From positions 10,230,001 to 10,294,000 of the forward strand of contig OX597830.1 in NCBI GenBank assembly GCA_951406725.2: a DNA stretch of 64,000 nucleotides. Direction: 5' to 3'. The stretch's first letter is position 1, and every line of letters begins with the position of its first letter. The notes beneath the pieces are model-generated. The model was not told the DNA's origin. It ran no database searches and saw only the letters and a program-made list of their open reading frames with translations. Of the stretch, positions 1 to 14,639 are shown in pieces. Made by a program: the position numbers and the translations under genes. This DNA comes from Octopus vulgaris. Lineage: Eukaryota.

Positions 1-213
1 AATATCGTTTTATGTTTATGAACTTGTATCGCAAGTTTCCTGATGTGGGACTGTGCGTTGAAACAGATATTGTTGTATTTCGGGGTGGTCATTATTTTTT
101 TCTCAAATAAACACACACTCAAACTATATATTCGTTCTTCACTCGTTTATAACTGTTTTTATTTTAACTCATGTCCATTGTCCGGTAATATTTCGTCCAG
201 AAATACAACAATA
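1..213 (-). mobile_element. Penelope-pLTR-like short element fragment (same family as 14315-14456 and 52030-52695) with a short terminal inversion
   Basis: GAAACAGATATTGTTGTATTTCGG..GGTCAT motif shared with ~52020 and, reverse-complemented, with ~14370; TATTGTTGTATTTC (68-81) is inverted at 200-213. Confidence 0.5.
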
Positions 214-744
214 TTATTTTGATATCATTTTTAAAGTTTCGTCAGAAAAATTACAGATAAGAGATTCTATACATTTTTCTCCATGTATACTTTCTGATTC
301 CTATCCTGTAACGAACCACATGCGACATGGAACTAAAAAAATATACTAAATTCTCTAGTCTTCCGTTTCCATATATATCTTTTACCATTTAACTTATATT
401 TATTTCAGTGATTAGACAGCGGCCATGTTGGGTCACAGCCTTCAAGAAATTTAGTAGAATGGGTCGTACTTAGTACCTTTTCTTTACAAGCCTGGCACTT
501 TTACTCAAGTTTCTAATGCATTTTAAGTGAGTGTCTTGTCTATTTTTAATATAGGCAGTATTTTAATAGACGTCCTATAAATATTGTATCGTATTTGAAT
601 TTCTATCTCCACGAGTCAGAACAGCGTTGTTTAATCTTTGTTTTATTCTGAAGATTGCTAAACCAACGGCTTTCTCAGTGAAAAAGAATCAAAACGCTCT
701 TATTATCTTTGAAAATTTTGTGTCTGTGACTATCCAGTTTCCAT

Positions 745-930
745 TTATGCAAGTACACACTTGGCTTTGCTATAAACGTTAGTGTTACAATGGTTGTATT
801 CACTATGAATGTCTATATAGAGAAATAGAGAAGCTGTATCCCCTGGAGTGTTAGTAATACAGTACCGGGCTAAACATCCGGCAAGTTTGGAACGGAAGTG
901 GTCCGGATTTCTGAACCACCTGGTTTTCAT
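745..930 (-). pseudogene. Possible decayed Penelope-like RT fragment
   Basis: SLFLYIDIHSEYNHCNTNVYSK resembles the PLE RT motif LPFLDVxI...TxVYRK; short and degraded. Confidence 0.3.
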
Positions 931-947
931 GAGATAGTCTTAATATA

Positions 948-1137
948 CCTTTTACTTCTTTGAGTCATATTGCGGCCATGCTGGGGCACTGCCTTAAAGA
1001 ATTTTTAGTCGAATGAATTGACCCCAGTACTTATTGCCTCGTGTTTATTCTATCGGTCTCTTTTGCTGAACTGCTAATTTCGAGGACATAAAAACACCAA
1101 CACTGGTTGGTGATGGGGATCAAGCGCAGACATAACC
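948..1137 (-). mobile_element. SINE family B, 3' half
   Basis: Matches the 3' half of the full copies at 18819-19195 and 58769-59168 (CAGCATGGCCGCA..TGACT end). Confidence 0.75.
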
Positions 1138-1201
1138 ACACACACACGCACACGCACACGCACAGATGCGTGTGTGTGTAATAATTGAAGGTCAGGTGTG
1201 A

Positions 1202-1286
1202 ATTCATTACAACCGTTTCTAACGAATTTTTTAACCGATTAACGAGTGCATTATGTCATTATAAAAAATGTTTTCTTCAGATAAAT
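1202..1286 (-). ncRNA. Type-I hammerhead ribozyme motif with extended stem II, inside fold-back element 1178-1484
   Basis: Minus strand: AUUUAU-CUGAAGA-(long imperfect stem II)-GAAAC-GGUU-GUA-AUGAAU; 6-bp stem I; the opposite arm reads GAAACGGCCGTA. Confidence 0.6.
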
Positions 1287-1748
1287 ACACGAATTACACA
1301 ATGAAGAACATTTAAAATAATTTAGAATCCATGGCAACATGCATACGCAATGAATCTGCCACTAGTTCAGCGACTGAGCTAGTGGCAGAATCATTGAATA
1401 AGCATGGTGCCGTGAATTTTATCAATTAAAACATTCGTTAGAAACGGCCGTAATGACTTTGACACCTGTCTTTCAACTGTTACTTATTTATAATTCACCT
1501 ATCTCAGAACATGCCCCTCGCGTGATTTCAAGTATTTTATTGCACTGGATATGTAATAAAATGTACGTGTCTGAACAGCTCAAGAGCAGATCATATACTC
1601 AGCTGGGTCAAATTGACTGCATACATTACCCAAATATCACTTTATTAATACTTCTATACCAAGGTTGGTATTCATCTAAAAATTGTGTGTGCATCTTATC
1701 CGGACCTAACTAGGTGCCTCAATTTTAAGTACCTTATTCAACTGAATC

Positions 1749-1804
<56 letters not shown>

Positions 1805-1957
1805 GACGGTCTTCTTTCAATTTCTGTCAACCAAATCTGCTCACAAGGCATTGGTCATCCAGGGATTTTTGTTGGATACACTGCCCAAGATCCCATGGTG
1901 GGGGACTGAACCTGGAACCAATTGATTCTGAAGCAAACTTCTTACCACACAACCACG
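1805..1957 (-). mobile_element. SINE family B, 5' half
   Basis: Degraded copy of the head and CTTGGGCA body, ending at an internal (TA)n. Confidence 0.75.
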
Positions 1958-2341
1958 ATCAAAATATAAAGCAAACTATGAAAAGTGAAAAACTAAATTT
2001 TATTTAACAAATTCATATTAATACATTTCGAAAGCAGCGTATATTTGATAGCTCTTAACCCACGAAAATTTCTTAAATTATATCATCGTGTACCGAGCAT
2101 ATGGTAATATGTTTACAAGACATTAATTAAACAAATAAAAGTAAAGAACATGATTTTATTTAACAAATATGGGCACAAAACAATAACATTGTAAAGAAGA
2201 GTTTGTTTAATCTTTATCAATCCACATAAAAAAGTGAGAAACTAAACTATTTGGCCATCCTATAAGCAATACGGCTTGTTATACTTCTTATATTTTTCAA
2301 AATTAATATTAATAAATGCTGCGGGCGAAGCATTTGTTTGT

Positions 2342-2506
2342 AGGCGTAGGAGTGACTGTGTGGTAAGTAGCTTGCTAACGAACCACATGGTTCTGGGTTC
2401 AGTCTCACAGCGTGGCACCTTGGGCAAGTGTCTTCCACTATAGCCACGCGCCGACCAAAGCCTTGTGAGTGGATTTGGTTGACGAAAACTGAAAGAAGCC
2501 CGTCGT
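2342..2506 (+). mobile_element. SINE family B, 5' half (tRNA-like head, CCTTGGGCAAGT core)
   Basis: GGCGTAGGAGTGACTGTGTGGTAAG...GGGTTCAGTC...GAAACTGAAAGAAGCCCGTCG; many copies in the window. Confidence 0.85.
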
Positions 2507-2522
2507 ATATATATATATATAT

Positions 2523-2766
2523 CACGTCACGTGACCGACCAGACCATCAGATGTTGTTACACATCGTTGGTCACAATGCGTTCGCATTGTTTTAGCCTTC
2601 GAATGACACCACCCCGCTGGCTAAGCGAGCAGGTCAACAGAAGAAAGAGTGGTGAAAGAGTACAGTAGGGATCACTCAATAAACACACACAACGCCCGGT
2701 CTGGGAATCGAAACCGCGATCCTATGACCGCGAGTCCGCTGCCCTAACCACTGGGCCATTGCGCCT

Positions 2767-2768
<2 letters not shown>
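2523..2768 (-). mobile_element. tRNA-derived SINE family A (internally deleted)
   Basis: Reverse complement of 4240-4537; A box TGGCCCAGTGG, B box GTTTCGATTCC. Confidence 0.85.
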
Positions 2769-2806
<38 letters not shown>

Positions 2807-2830
2807 ATGTGTGAGTGTGTGTGTATATAA

Positions 2831-2861
<31 letters not shown>

Positions 2862-2885
2862 TGTGTGTGATATATATATGTATAT

Positions 2886-2915
<30 letters not shown>

Positions 2916-2916
<1 letters not shown>

Positions 2917-3162
2917 GAGGCGCAATGGCCCAGTGGTTAGGGCAGCGGACTCGCGGTCGTAAGATCGCGGGTTCGATTCCCAGACCGGGCGTTGTGAGTG
3001 TTTATTGAGCGAAAACACCTACAAGATCCACGAGGCTCCGGCAGGGAGTGGTGGCGATCCCTGCTGTACTCTTTCACCACTCTTTCTTCTGTTGGCCTGC
3101 TCGCTTAGCCAGCGGGATGGCGTCTTTCGAAGGCTAAAACAATGCGAACGCATGTGTAGCAA
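2916..3162 (+). mobile_element. tRNA-derived SINE family A
   Basis: GGAGGCGCAATGGCCCAGTGGTTAGG...GGTTCGATTCCC head; body shared with the 4240 copy. Confidence 0.85.
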
Positions 3163-3678
3163 CACACACACACACGCATACATACATATATATAAGCATG
3201 CAAATATATATGGGGAACAGCTTCTTTTCTTTTAAAACCTACCAACATACTGAAAACCTCATCACAACCCTAAACAAACAACAGAATTACTCCTTAGTTA
3301 TGCACCAGCAAAATAGTAGACGAAAATTACATGAGGAAATTGTATACGTATCCCTATGTTCACAATTAAGTCCCAAAATCATTGTGGTGAATGTAGCAAG
3401 AATAGAAAACGTGAAAGGTAACACCGCATAAACCTGTGACAAAAAAACCAGATGTGTTGGTTATATATTCTTGAAGGACGCAACGGAAAGCGTAAAAAAG
3501 ACGAAAACATCAACGCCTTTATGAATTGGGACCTCGAAATAAGTACGGTGAGAGTTTTCTTATCCGGCTTTCAGATATCCGGGAATAATATGCAATACGT
3601 TGCAATATTCTGTGCTCTGTATTGAGTGAACGGACTTTTTTTGAAGGTGGTTAATTTGCATACAATATATTAAAAATA

Positions 3679-4045
3679 TTGGGTCATCCCATAAATATGC
3701 GGGGGGGGTTTTTTCAGTTGGTCTCAATACGAAAGATGTTCTATCAGGATAAGGCTAGGCCACATACAGTAAGGATGACATTCCAAAGGCTGGAGCAGTT
3801 TGAATGAGAAACGGTGCCCCACCCACCATATTCACCAGACATTGCCCCGTCTGATTATCATTTATTCAGCAGTCTTCAAAATCATTTTGACTGAAAAAAT
3901 ATGAATTCCGTAGATGAGGTCAGAACAGTACTGGAGGAGTATTTTTTGTTACGGACAAGTGAATTTTGGAAGAGGTGCCTTGCAAGTCTACCAGATAGAC
4001 AGATAGAAGAGCATTGAAGAAAATGAAGGAGAGTGTATTTTAGAT
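3679..4045 (+). mobile_element. Decayed mariner transposon: left TIR-like end plus C-terminal transposase pseudogene
   Basis: From 3739 translates FYQDKARPH...E*ETVPHPPYSPDIAPSDYHLFSSLQNHFD*, the mariner QDNARPH / YSPDLAPSD motifs with stops; TA-TTGGGTCATCCCATAAAT end. Confidence 0.9.
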
Positions 4046-4239
4046 TCAACCATTTACCCTTTTACCATTTTACTTGTTTCGGTCATCTGACTGTGGCCAT
4101 GCTGGACCACCGCATTTAGTCGAGCAAATCGACCCCAGGACTTGACTGAAGATTGAAGGCTTCGAATGTCCCGTCCGTGTTTTTTGTATCGTCTTCTAAA
4201 TGTTTTGCGTTCTTGTATGATTATATATATATATATACG

Positions 4240-4535
4240 GGAGGCGCAATGGCCCAGTGGTTAGGGCAGCGGACCCGCGGTCGTAGGATCGCGGTTTCGA
4301 TTCCCAGACCAGGCATTGTGAGTGTTTATTGAGCGAAAACACCTAAAAACCTCCACGACGCTCCGCCAGGGGGTGGTGATCCCTGCTGTACTCTTTCACC
4401 ACTCTTTCTCCCACCCCTTCTTCTGTTGGCCTTCTCGCTTAGCCAGCGGGGTGGCGTCATTCAAAGGCTAAAACAATGCGAAGCGCATTGTGACCAGCGA
4501 TGTGTAACAACATCTGATTGCCTGGTTGATCACGT

Positions 4536-4537
<2 letters not shown>
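4240..4537 (+). mobile_element. tRNA-derived SINE family A, full length
   Basis: Pol III A and B boxes, ends TCACGTGA, flanked by (TA)n on both sides. Confidence 0.9.
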
Positions 4538-4590
<53 letters not shown>

Positions 4591-4976
4591 GCTTACATAT
4601 AATCAAGCGAAAGTGAAAAATAGAAAACAGCAATAAAGAAAGCTACGGAGAGGAGGATTTCAGTATGACAGACAGACAGGTAGGCAGGCAGGCAGATGGA
4701 TAGATTTGGAGAGAGAGAGAGAGAGAGAGGAATCATTGTGATTCCGTACACCTGTACTAGGAAATCGTGCGGCATATTATTTTACAAGACGGATACAAGA
4801 GTTAGGAAGCAGATGAATACTGAAATCTATTTGCTTTTGTGTGAACATTCCGTTAGAATCACGATTTCTCTTCTATCAAGCCGGTGGGGGGGGACAACTG
4901 TTATAGTTTAAACTAAAGTCACAAACGCACTGCCATAGGAAACCATAGATTTACACACACACACACACACACACAC

Positions 4977-5027
<51 letters not shown>

Positions 5028-5196
5028 TATTATTATTAATTGGTATAGCTTAGAAAGTGACTCAGGGCCGAGATTTTATAAGTGTAATTAGATATATATA
5101 GAAAACGGGCCCCGAATTTTGAAGCCAGTTCGAGGAGTGGCGTGCACGAAACTTTTGACTCATGAGTCACTTTGTAACTTCTGGTGATTAAATATC

Positions 5197-5231
<35 letters not shown>

Positions 5232-5237
<6 letters not shown>

Positions 5238-5329
5238 ATTGAAGAAATGGAGCTGAACGAAGATTGAACAGAAATCGTTTTATTTCATTCTGTTCAATCT
5301 TCGTTCAGCTCCATTTGTTCAATTCACTA
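5232..5329. repeat. Near-perfect hairpin (42-bp arms) at the start of a (TA)n-flanked short element (~5232-5486)
   Basis: TAGTGAATTGAAGAAATGGAGCTGAACGAAGATTGAACAGAA pairs with its reverse complement at 5288-5329, one mismatch. Confidence 0.9.
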
Positions 5330-5482
5330 ATAATATTAAAATTCAATTATCCGCACCAACGCATGGTTGCAACACCATATGGTTGTACCTCCAACCGTGC
5401 TATCTTCTGCTGTGATTTTTGCTACCAAGGTATCGGTTAAACTTTTGATTAATCTGCTACAAGATTATTCATCTTTCTATTT

Positions 5483-5523
<41 letters not shown>

Positions 5524-6268
5524 CTACATTTTTCCTTCTATCAAACGTGTGTGCGCGCTCGTATATATAAATAGATTTATATATATATATATCACGCACA
5601 TGCATGCACGCATATATATATGTATATGCGTATGTGTGCGTACACATATGTATGCATTTGTACATATATATATATATCGCCCATGTAGCGAAAATACAGA
5701 TCGATAAACATGACATTTATGTAATTTGAAAGAAAATATATAAATTAATGAAATAACTTGCCTGAATTAAATTGTCCAATGCCCTGAGAGATAAAAATCA
5801 TTTCATACGCAGAAGGGTTAAAGATCGGTTTGTAAATTTACGTGTTTCGTTTCTAGCCATAAACATGTGTTTCTAGAAATCGTATCCGTAAAATAATCAA
5901 CAATTTTATTTCATTATATTTCGTTTGTTTTAACCTATTGACATCCTTCATCTACTATTTCGTAAAAGTACTGGCAGCAGAAACAGCGGGATGGGGGACG
6001 GCGAAGTGGCAACAACGGACTGGCCTTATGGAGTCAGGTTAACGGATATTCTTGCCTCTCACATTATAGAAACATTTCTCATGGCACCAGCAGATAAAAT
6101 GAAGCAGGTGTTGCTCCGGAGGGTAACGAAGGAAATGCTCTGGGACAGCCACTCTACCTCACGGGCCTCGCACTGACGGACAGCAGTCTCTGCCCCGATC
6201 ACGTGATCGATCAGATTATCGAACGATGCTATACGTCGTTGGCCACAAAACATGACCCTTTTGCTTGT

Positions 6269-6572
6269 GGAGGCACATGGCTTAGTCGTTAGAGCAGCGA
6301 ACTCGCGGTCGAGGCATCGCGGGTTCGAATCTCAGACCGGGTGATGTGTGTGTTTATGAGCCAAACACCTAAGGTCTGCGCGGCTCCAGCAGAAGGTAAT
6401 GGCGAACTTCTGCTGAGTCTTTCACCACAATTTTCTCTCACTCTTTCCTCCTGCACCTAGCAGCTCACCTGCGACGGACCAATGTCCCGTCCAGGTGGGG
6501 AAACTATACGCCAAGGAAACCGAGAAACCGGCCCTTGTGAGCCAGGCATGGCTCGAGAAGGAGAAGGAAGGA
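6269..6572 (+). mobile_element. tRNA-derived SINE with a family-A-like head and a different 3' part; 12-bp TSD
   Basis: Head like 4240; tail CCTGCGACGGACC..TCCCGTCCAGG..GGAAACCG; ACCCTTTTGCTT at both 6255-6266 and 6573-6584. Confidence 0.85.
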
Positions 6573-6899
6573 ACCCTTTTGCTTTTCATTTATTAAGATT
6601 ATTCATACACGTTTCAACTCTTTTATATATAAAACGATCATGCACAAACGTAATTTGAGTTGTGAAACTGAAACTGGTTTCAAGTCATTCATATGTAAAA
6701 AAAAAAAAAATTTATAAACGGAATTTGAGTTGGGATATCTGTGTCATGTCCTTAATACGTAAACACAATTCTAGCTGTGATTTAGATCGTTCCTCAGATG
6801 GACTTTCATAAATGGCTTTTCACTGTTATAATTTGATAAGCTATTTGTTTATCTGAAACGTCGTGATATTTCCTCTGGATTCTGGAACCACCAGTTAGC

Positions 6900-7560
6900 T
6901 CTTCTATGAAATGCTATGATTCCTGGCTGCTTCTATAGATATTTAGAGATTCCGTAACCAATTTCTCAACACATCACTGAACATAGGCAGTATTTGTAAG
7001 TTATTAACAATATACTCTGAGAATGAATCGGTCTCAAATATTTGTTCATAGCTTTTTTTTTTTTCTTTTATAAAACTCGGTTTTCTTCTGTGAGTCTAGG
7101 AGCGTTTTCACATTTACAAGCGTGGGTTACATTTCCTTTACCTATTAAACAAACCAGCCGCGAAACTGTCGTAAATTTCTTCCTTTTGCTCAATTTGTGG
7201 GAGGCGTTGCTCCAGATTGTCTGTAAATATTTCACAAATGCGTTCTTAAAATCAAATCGACCTTGAAAAGGAACTTTCACTAGAGCGGTAATCTGATCTG
7301 CCTCAAAACATATGGGGTTCCGTTGGATTCAAGGAATTAGGGGCAAAAGTATTTTCTTATGCCACACAGATATTTAATTACTAGCAAATGTTAAATCGAG
7401 ATTTAATCCACGTTTCCAACATCCACTCTTAAAAGATGTTATGGACTATAATTCGATGGTTATTTTCTGCCCAGAAATAAGCGTAATTTCAATCAGCTCT
7501 AGTTATTTGGTAACCCCATGAAATATTGTAGCTAATGATATCTCCAAGGAGGATCTTGGA
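6900..7560 (-). pseudogene. Probable heavily decayed Penelope-like RT / GIY-YIG ORF
   Basis: Collinear remnants on the minus strand: SSLEISLATIF (cf. GSPLxxxLANIFM), LVKVPFQG..KFTT..GNVTHACKC (cf. LPYxG..FxT..NVVYxxxC), SFSEYI and LVTESLNI (cf. AIxEH..LExLxI). Confidence 0.4.
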
Positions 7561-7840
7561 TTTCGTTAAGTTTATAAGTTACTCCTCAGAAACCAAGAAT
7601 GGCCTACTGGGTGGTTTCTAAATTGATATTGTTATATGAGTTTTACCAATTCTGTCAACACCTTCAATATTAGCTTCATATAATTAAGATTTTGTTTTTC
7701 AGAAATATCACAATCTAAAGAGTGTTTACTTGCCTTGCCCTCCATTTTAGGTTCGGAGTTTTATAGGCGTTTAGGTGGGGGGGGCGTTCTTCGAAAGCAT
7801 ATGACGTCACAACGCACTTCCTAGCAACAGTTGATATTAT

Positions 7841-8188
7841 AGGAGATTATTGTAAAAATAAAACAAAACACTTGCACGTATAATACGTAACTTAGAAGCA
7901 GCGCTGCGGATATGCCGATACACGAGCTCGAGACATGGCCGCCCTCACGCACTTCTCATGAGGAATTCCGGAAGGAGCTTCGTGAGACCACTGCAGAGAC
8001 GCTTCCGGGAAGATAATTTCACTAACCGTTGGAAAACCGATTATATAAGTGACTCGATCAATTCCTAGCAATACCTGAAGAAGGAATTTTTATATTCCGA
8101 AATATTATATCAGACTATGAATAATTAAAGTATAGCAGTTATTATAGTCCATTCTGCAGAGTCGTACCATTCAAGACACGTTATATTT
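7841..8188 (+). mobile_element. Solo pLTR-like insertion with a 13-bp flanking direct repeat and a minimal hammerhead motif (8071-8110)
   Basis: CAGTTGATATTAT at 7828-7840 and 8189-8201; TATATAAG followed by CTGAAGA-A-GGAAT-TTTTAT-ATTCC-GAAA. Confidence 0.55.
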
Positions 8189-8357
8189 CAGTTGATATTA
8201 TGTTGTATTTGTTTATTTTTGTTTCCTTTACCAAATTCCGTCAATGTTTATTCATGAGAGAGTAAGGTATGGCACCTATTGCTTGAGAATGAGATTACTG
8301 TTTGTAAGATCAAAAAATATAACCTGAAAATCCATCAATAGCGTAAGCGATGAGGGC

Positions 8358-8682
8358 GCTTGTATTGTAACTCACAAAAATTTACTTGTAAGGACTGTGA
8401 CACGATTATTTTGTGACTTAAAAAATTCGTAGCTGGAATTGTGACACAATTGCTTATGTTGTGACTCAAAATTTCTAGCGGAAATTGTAACACAAATTCT
8501 TGTGTTATGACTCACAATATTTGAAGCCATATTGCTTGTGTTGTGACTAAGTTGAATTGTGACAAGAATGTTTGTATTGTGATTCGAAAGTTTTCAGGTG
8601 GAAATTGTAACATAGTTGCTTGTTTTGCAGCTCGCAAAATTTCTAAGAGGACTCGCGACGAGAATGCTTGCGCTGTTACTCT
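8358..8682. repeat. Degenerate minisatellite, ~43-bp unit, about 7 copies
   Basis: Recurrent GCTTGTGTTGTGACTC-AAAATTTCTAG-GGAAATTGT(G/A)ACA. Confidence 0.7.
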
Positions 8683-9347
8683 AAACAGACTCTCGCTGGT
8701 TATCAAAGAGAAAATTCTTAAAGAACAAGACGGATTAAGTCCTAAGTCGACTGTGTGTGAACAAGTTAATCTCACTGAATATATATAGAACTTTGTATTG
8801 GAATTACTGATGGTCTGTGCTGACAAAATATGATACATGTTACTTCAAACAGGAGCATTAATGGCGTTAGGAAACAGCACAAGTTTAACCTTCGGGGTTG
8901 AGAATTTTGTCGAGAGAAGGTGAAATGTTCGCAGATGTCGAAGGATAAATAAAAAGGAAATTAGTGAGAAAGAGGGGGGGATATAATTAGAAAAGAAAAG
9001 AATAAAAAAGAGGGTTGATATAAGAGGAAGGATGGAGAGGGAACGAGTTTAGGTGGGGGAGAAACGGTCAGAGCGAAGAGGAAATAAAACGAACGCCAAC
9101 AGATATGAAAATAACGCGAAGAGGAATAATGACAGAGAAACACAATTTAGATATCAGAAGGCCGTTTCTGCCTTAGAGAATTATATACATTCCATCGTTT
9201 GAAATATTATACACAGGATGTCATGTTAACAATGTTAAACAGATTAAAATTATGTTCTTTAATGAAATATGTGTGAAAAAAGAGTTCTCCAACAATAAAC
9301 GATTAGACATACGCACATAAATATATATATATACAGACACACACAAT

Positions 9348-9390
<43 letters not shown>

Positions 9391-11064
9391 TAAGTATTGT
9401 TGAAATCATCGGCAAAGCGGTGGGAAACGCGTTTAACAAGAACAACCACGTAACTCCACAAAGACATATGCGGAATAAAACCCAGAATAACTCTCTCCGG
9501 TTTAAACTACTTGAGGACTGTAAAGTGGTACTCACAGAGAGGTGTAAGGTAATGCTGTCTTATAAAAATAAAATGATTTCCAACGAAGACTGAAAATAAG
9601 ACATCATTATTATAAAAGGCTCTTACTAATTCCACACATTTTCAGGCGAGAAAAAATGTGTTTGTATAAACGGGGCAGAGACACTTAAGTTTAGTTCTTA
9701 ATAACACAGAAAAAATATCGAAACGTTGACACAAAAATGTATGATAACATTAATTATGAGGAGAAAATAATAGCTACAAGACTTACAATAGATAAGATTG
9801 TTCGGTTCTTAAATAACCTTTGCCCCAAACGCTCAAATGCTGTGTATTAAACACTGGTGGAATTGGTTTAGGCAATCAACAAACCTGCTAAAGAATATTA
9901 ATGATAAAGTTTGAAATCCCGCCATACTGTGGCAGTGGAATAATATAAGCACGATACTTAATGGGTGTAATAGTACTGGTTTCAAATTTTGGCACAAGGC
10001 CAGCAATTTTAGGGTTAGGGTTTAAGTCGATTACATCTATATTGGTACTCAACTAGGCAGAATTTGAACTCAGAACATAATGAATGACAAAACGCCGCTT
10101 AGCATATCGTCCGGAATGTTAACGATTCTGCCAGCTCGCCGCCTTAATGTGTTTAGTAATATTTATTGTAAAGTAAGAAGACGAGTTCGCAGAATCGTTA
10201 AAACGTGGGGCGAAATGCTTAGCGGACATTTCGTCCATCTTCACGTTCTGAGTTCGAATACCGCCGAGGTCGACTTTGCCTTTTATCCTTACGGAGTCAA
10301 TAAAGTAAGTTTATATTTTGCTTGGCGTGCTAACCATTCTGCTAGTTCGTCACCCTAACTAATCTTCTGTATTACAATTTGGTAAAATATCGTTTTAACT
10401 TCGACAGTTCAAACAAACATACGACACCTCAACAGATACGCATGAATAAACACACGGCTAAATCGTACATTTGGCCAAATCATACATTTTCTAATCCGTG
10501 ATTAATAACAAAATATTATTCTTTAAATTCATCCCTCATAATCATTACATTATGTAGCTTGTATATCAACAATTACTAGTAGCGTTGTTGTGTATCTTTG
10601 TATTCGTCCTTGTCATATTCTTGTTTGATAAACTTTGGTGAACCCCCTTTAATTCTTTGGTATACCCCCTTTAATTCTATTAACTTTCTCCAAACTACGA
10701 TTTAGGACTAAAATGGCTTTCAGTTGCTGTTGTCGTCTGCTTTTACTGTCAGACCAAGACAAGTGAAATGATACAATTATTTCAACCAAACTTGCATCAC
10801 TACGCATGCGTTTCTATTTACTTGACTGACGCCATTATAATTCTCATAACAGCAACAAAAACCCGGTGGTGGGAAAGAGGTAAAAGGGAAATTGAGCTTG
10901 GAGCTTAGAATCTTTACGTGGTGGGCGTAGAGAGACGGGACCGTCGAGCGACTAAGTATACCATGTAGGCACAGCTATAGCTATGAGCAAGTGTCTCCTA
11001 CAAAAAACCCAGCACGACCAATGCTTTGTGAGTGGATTTTGCAGCAGACAGGTACTGAAAGAAG

Positions 11065-11116
<52 letters not shown>

Positions 11117-11319
11117 AGAGAGAGAGAGAGGGGAGGGGTCGTTTTGTGTTTGTGCTTCTCGTTCCATCCGTCGTTTGACAATCGATGCCAGTTTGTTCAC
11201 GTCCCCATAACTTACTGGTTTGACAAAACAGACCAAGTATCAGATTTTAAAGGAAAAACACCTGAGCTCTGCAGCCAATTTCACTAAAACCCTTCAAGGT
11301 GGTACTCTTGTTTTTCCAT

Positions 11320-14245
<2,926 letters not shown>

Positions 14246-14284
14246 TCTAGCATGGCCGCAGTCAAATGAATGAAACAAGTAAAA

Positions 14285-14314
<30 letters not shown>

Positions 14315-14320
<6 letters not shown>

Positions 14321-14450
14321 ATATTTCGGAATATATAGTGCGTGTGTTTTTATTGGCTAAACTGGCAATATGACCATTCCGAAATATAACAATATCTGTT
14401 TCAACACACGACTTCACATAAAAAATCTTGCACAACAAATATTTAAACGT

Positions 14451-14456
<6 letters not shown>
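14315..14456 (+). mobile_element. Short pLTR-like element in (TA)n with a 19-bp terminal inversion
   Basis: TATTGTTATATTTCGGAAT ... ATTCCGAAATATAACAATA; body matches 52630-52695. Confidence 0.65.
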
Positions 14457-14494
<38 letters not shown>

Positions 14495-14639
14495 GTATCG
14501 ATATAAAAGATAAGATCTACGGATCCAAGAGTAGGAGGTTTGTAATCTTTAAGCAGTCCGTGGCAGGTATATAGAAGAAAAATGTGGACACTGTTTGCAT
14601 AAGGAAGAATAACAAATTATTGGCATCGAAAGTTACAGA

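Noticed and set aside
645-705. CTGAAGA candidate (also 39-65, 18653, 20935, 48421)
   Set aside because: No closing stem II with GAAA
2916-2990. tRNA-like sequences at SINE heads (also 4240, 6269, 16660)
   Set aside because: They have A and B boxes but no complete cloverleaf and continue into repeated SINE bodies; not called as tRNA genes
7800-7828. TGACGTCA and CCTAGCAAC as promoter motifs
   Set aside because: Short motifs expected by chance; no associated gene
8358-8682. CRISPR-like periodicity
   Set aside because: No unique spacers, no cas genes, eukaryotic context
9397-9440. CATCG/CGGTG stem followed by GAAACGCGTT (also GATAAGC/GTTTATC + GAAACGTC at ~6834-6866)
   Set aside because: The 3' half is hammerhead-like but CUGAnGA is absent; at most decayed remnants
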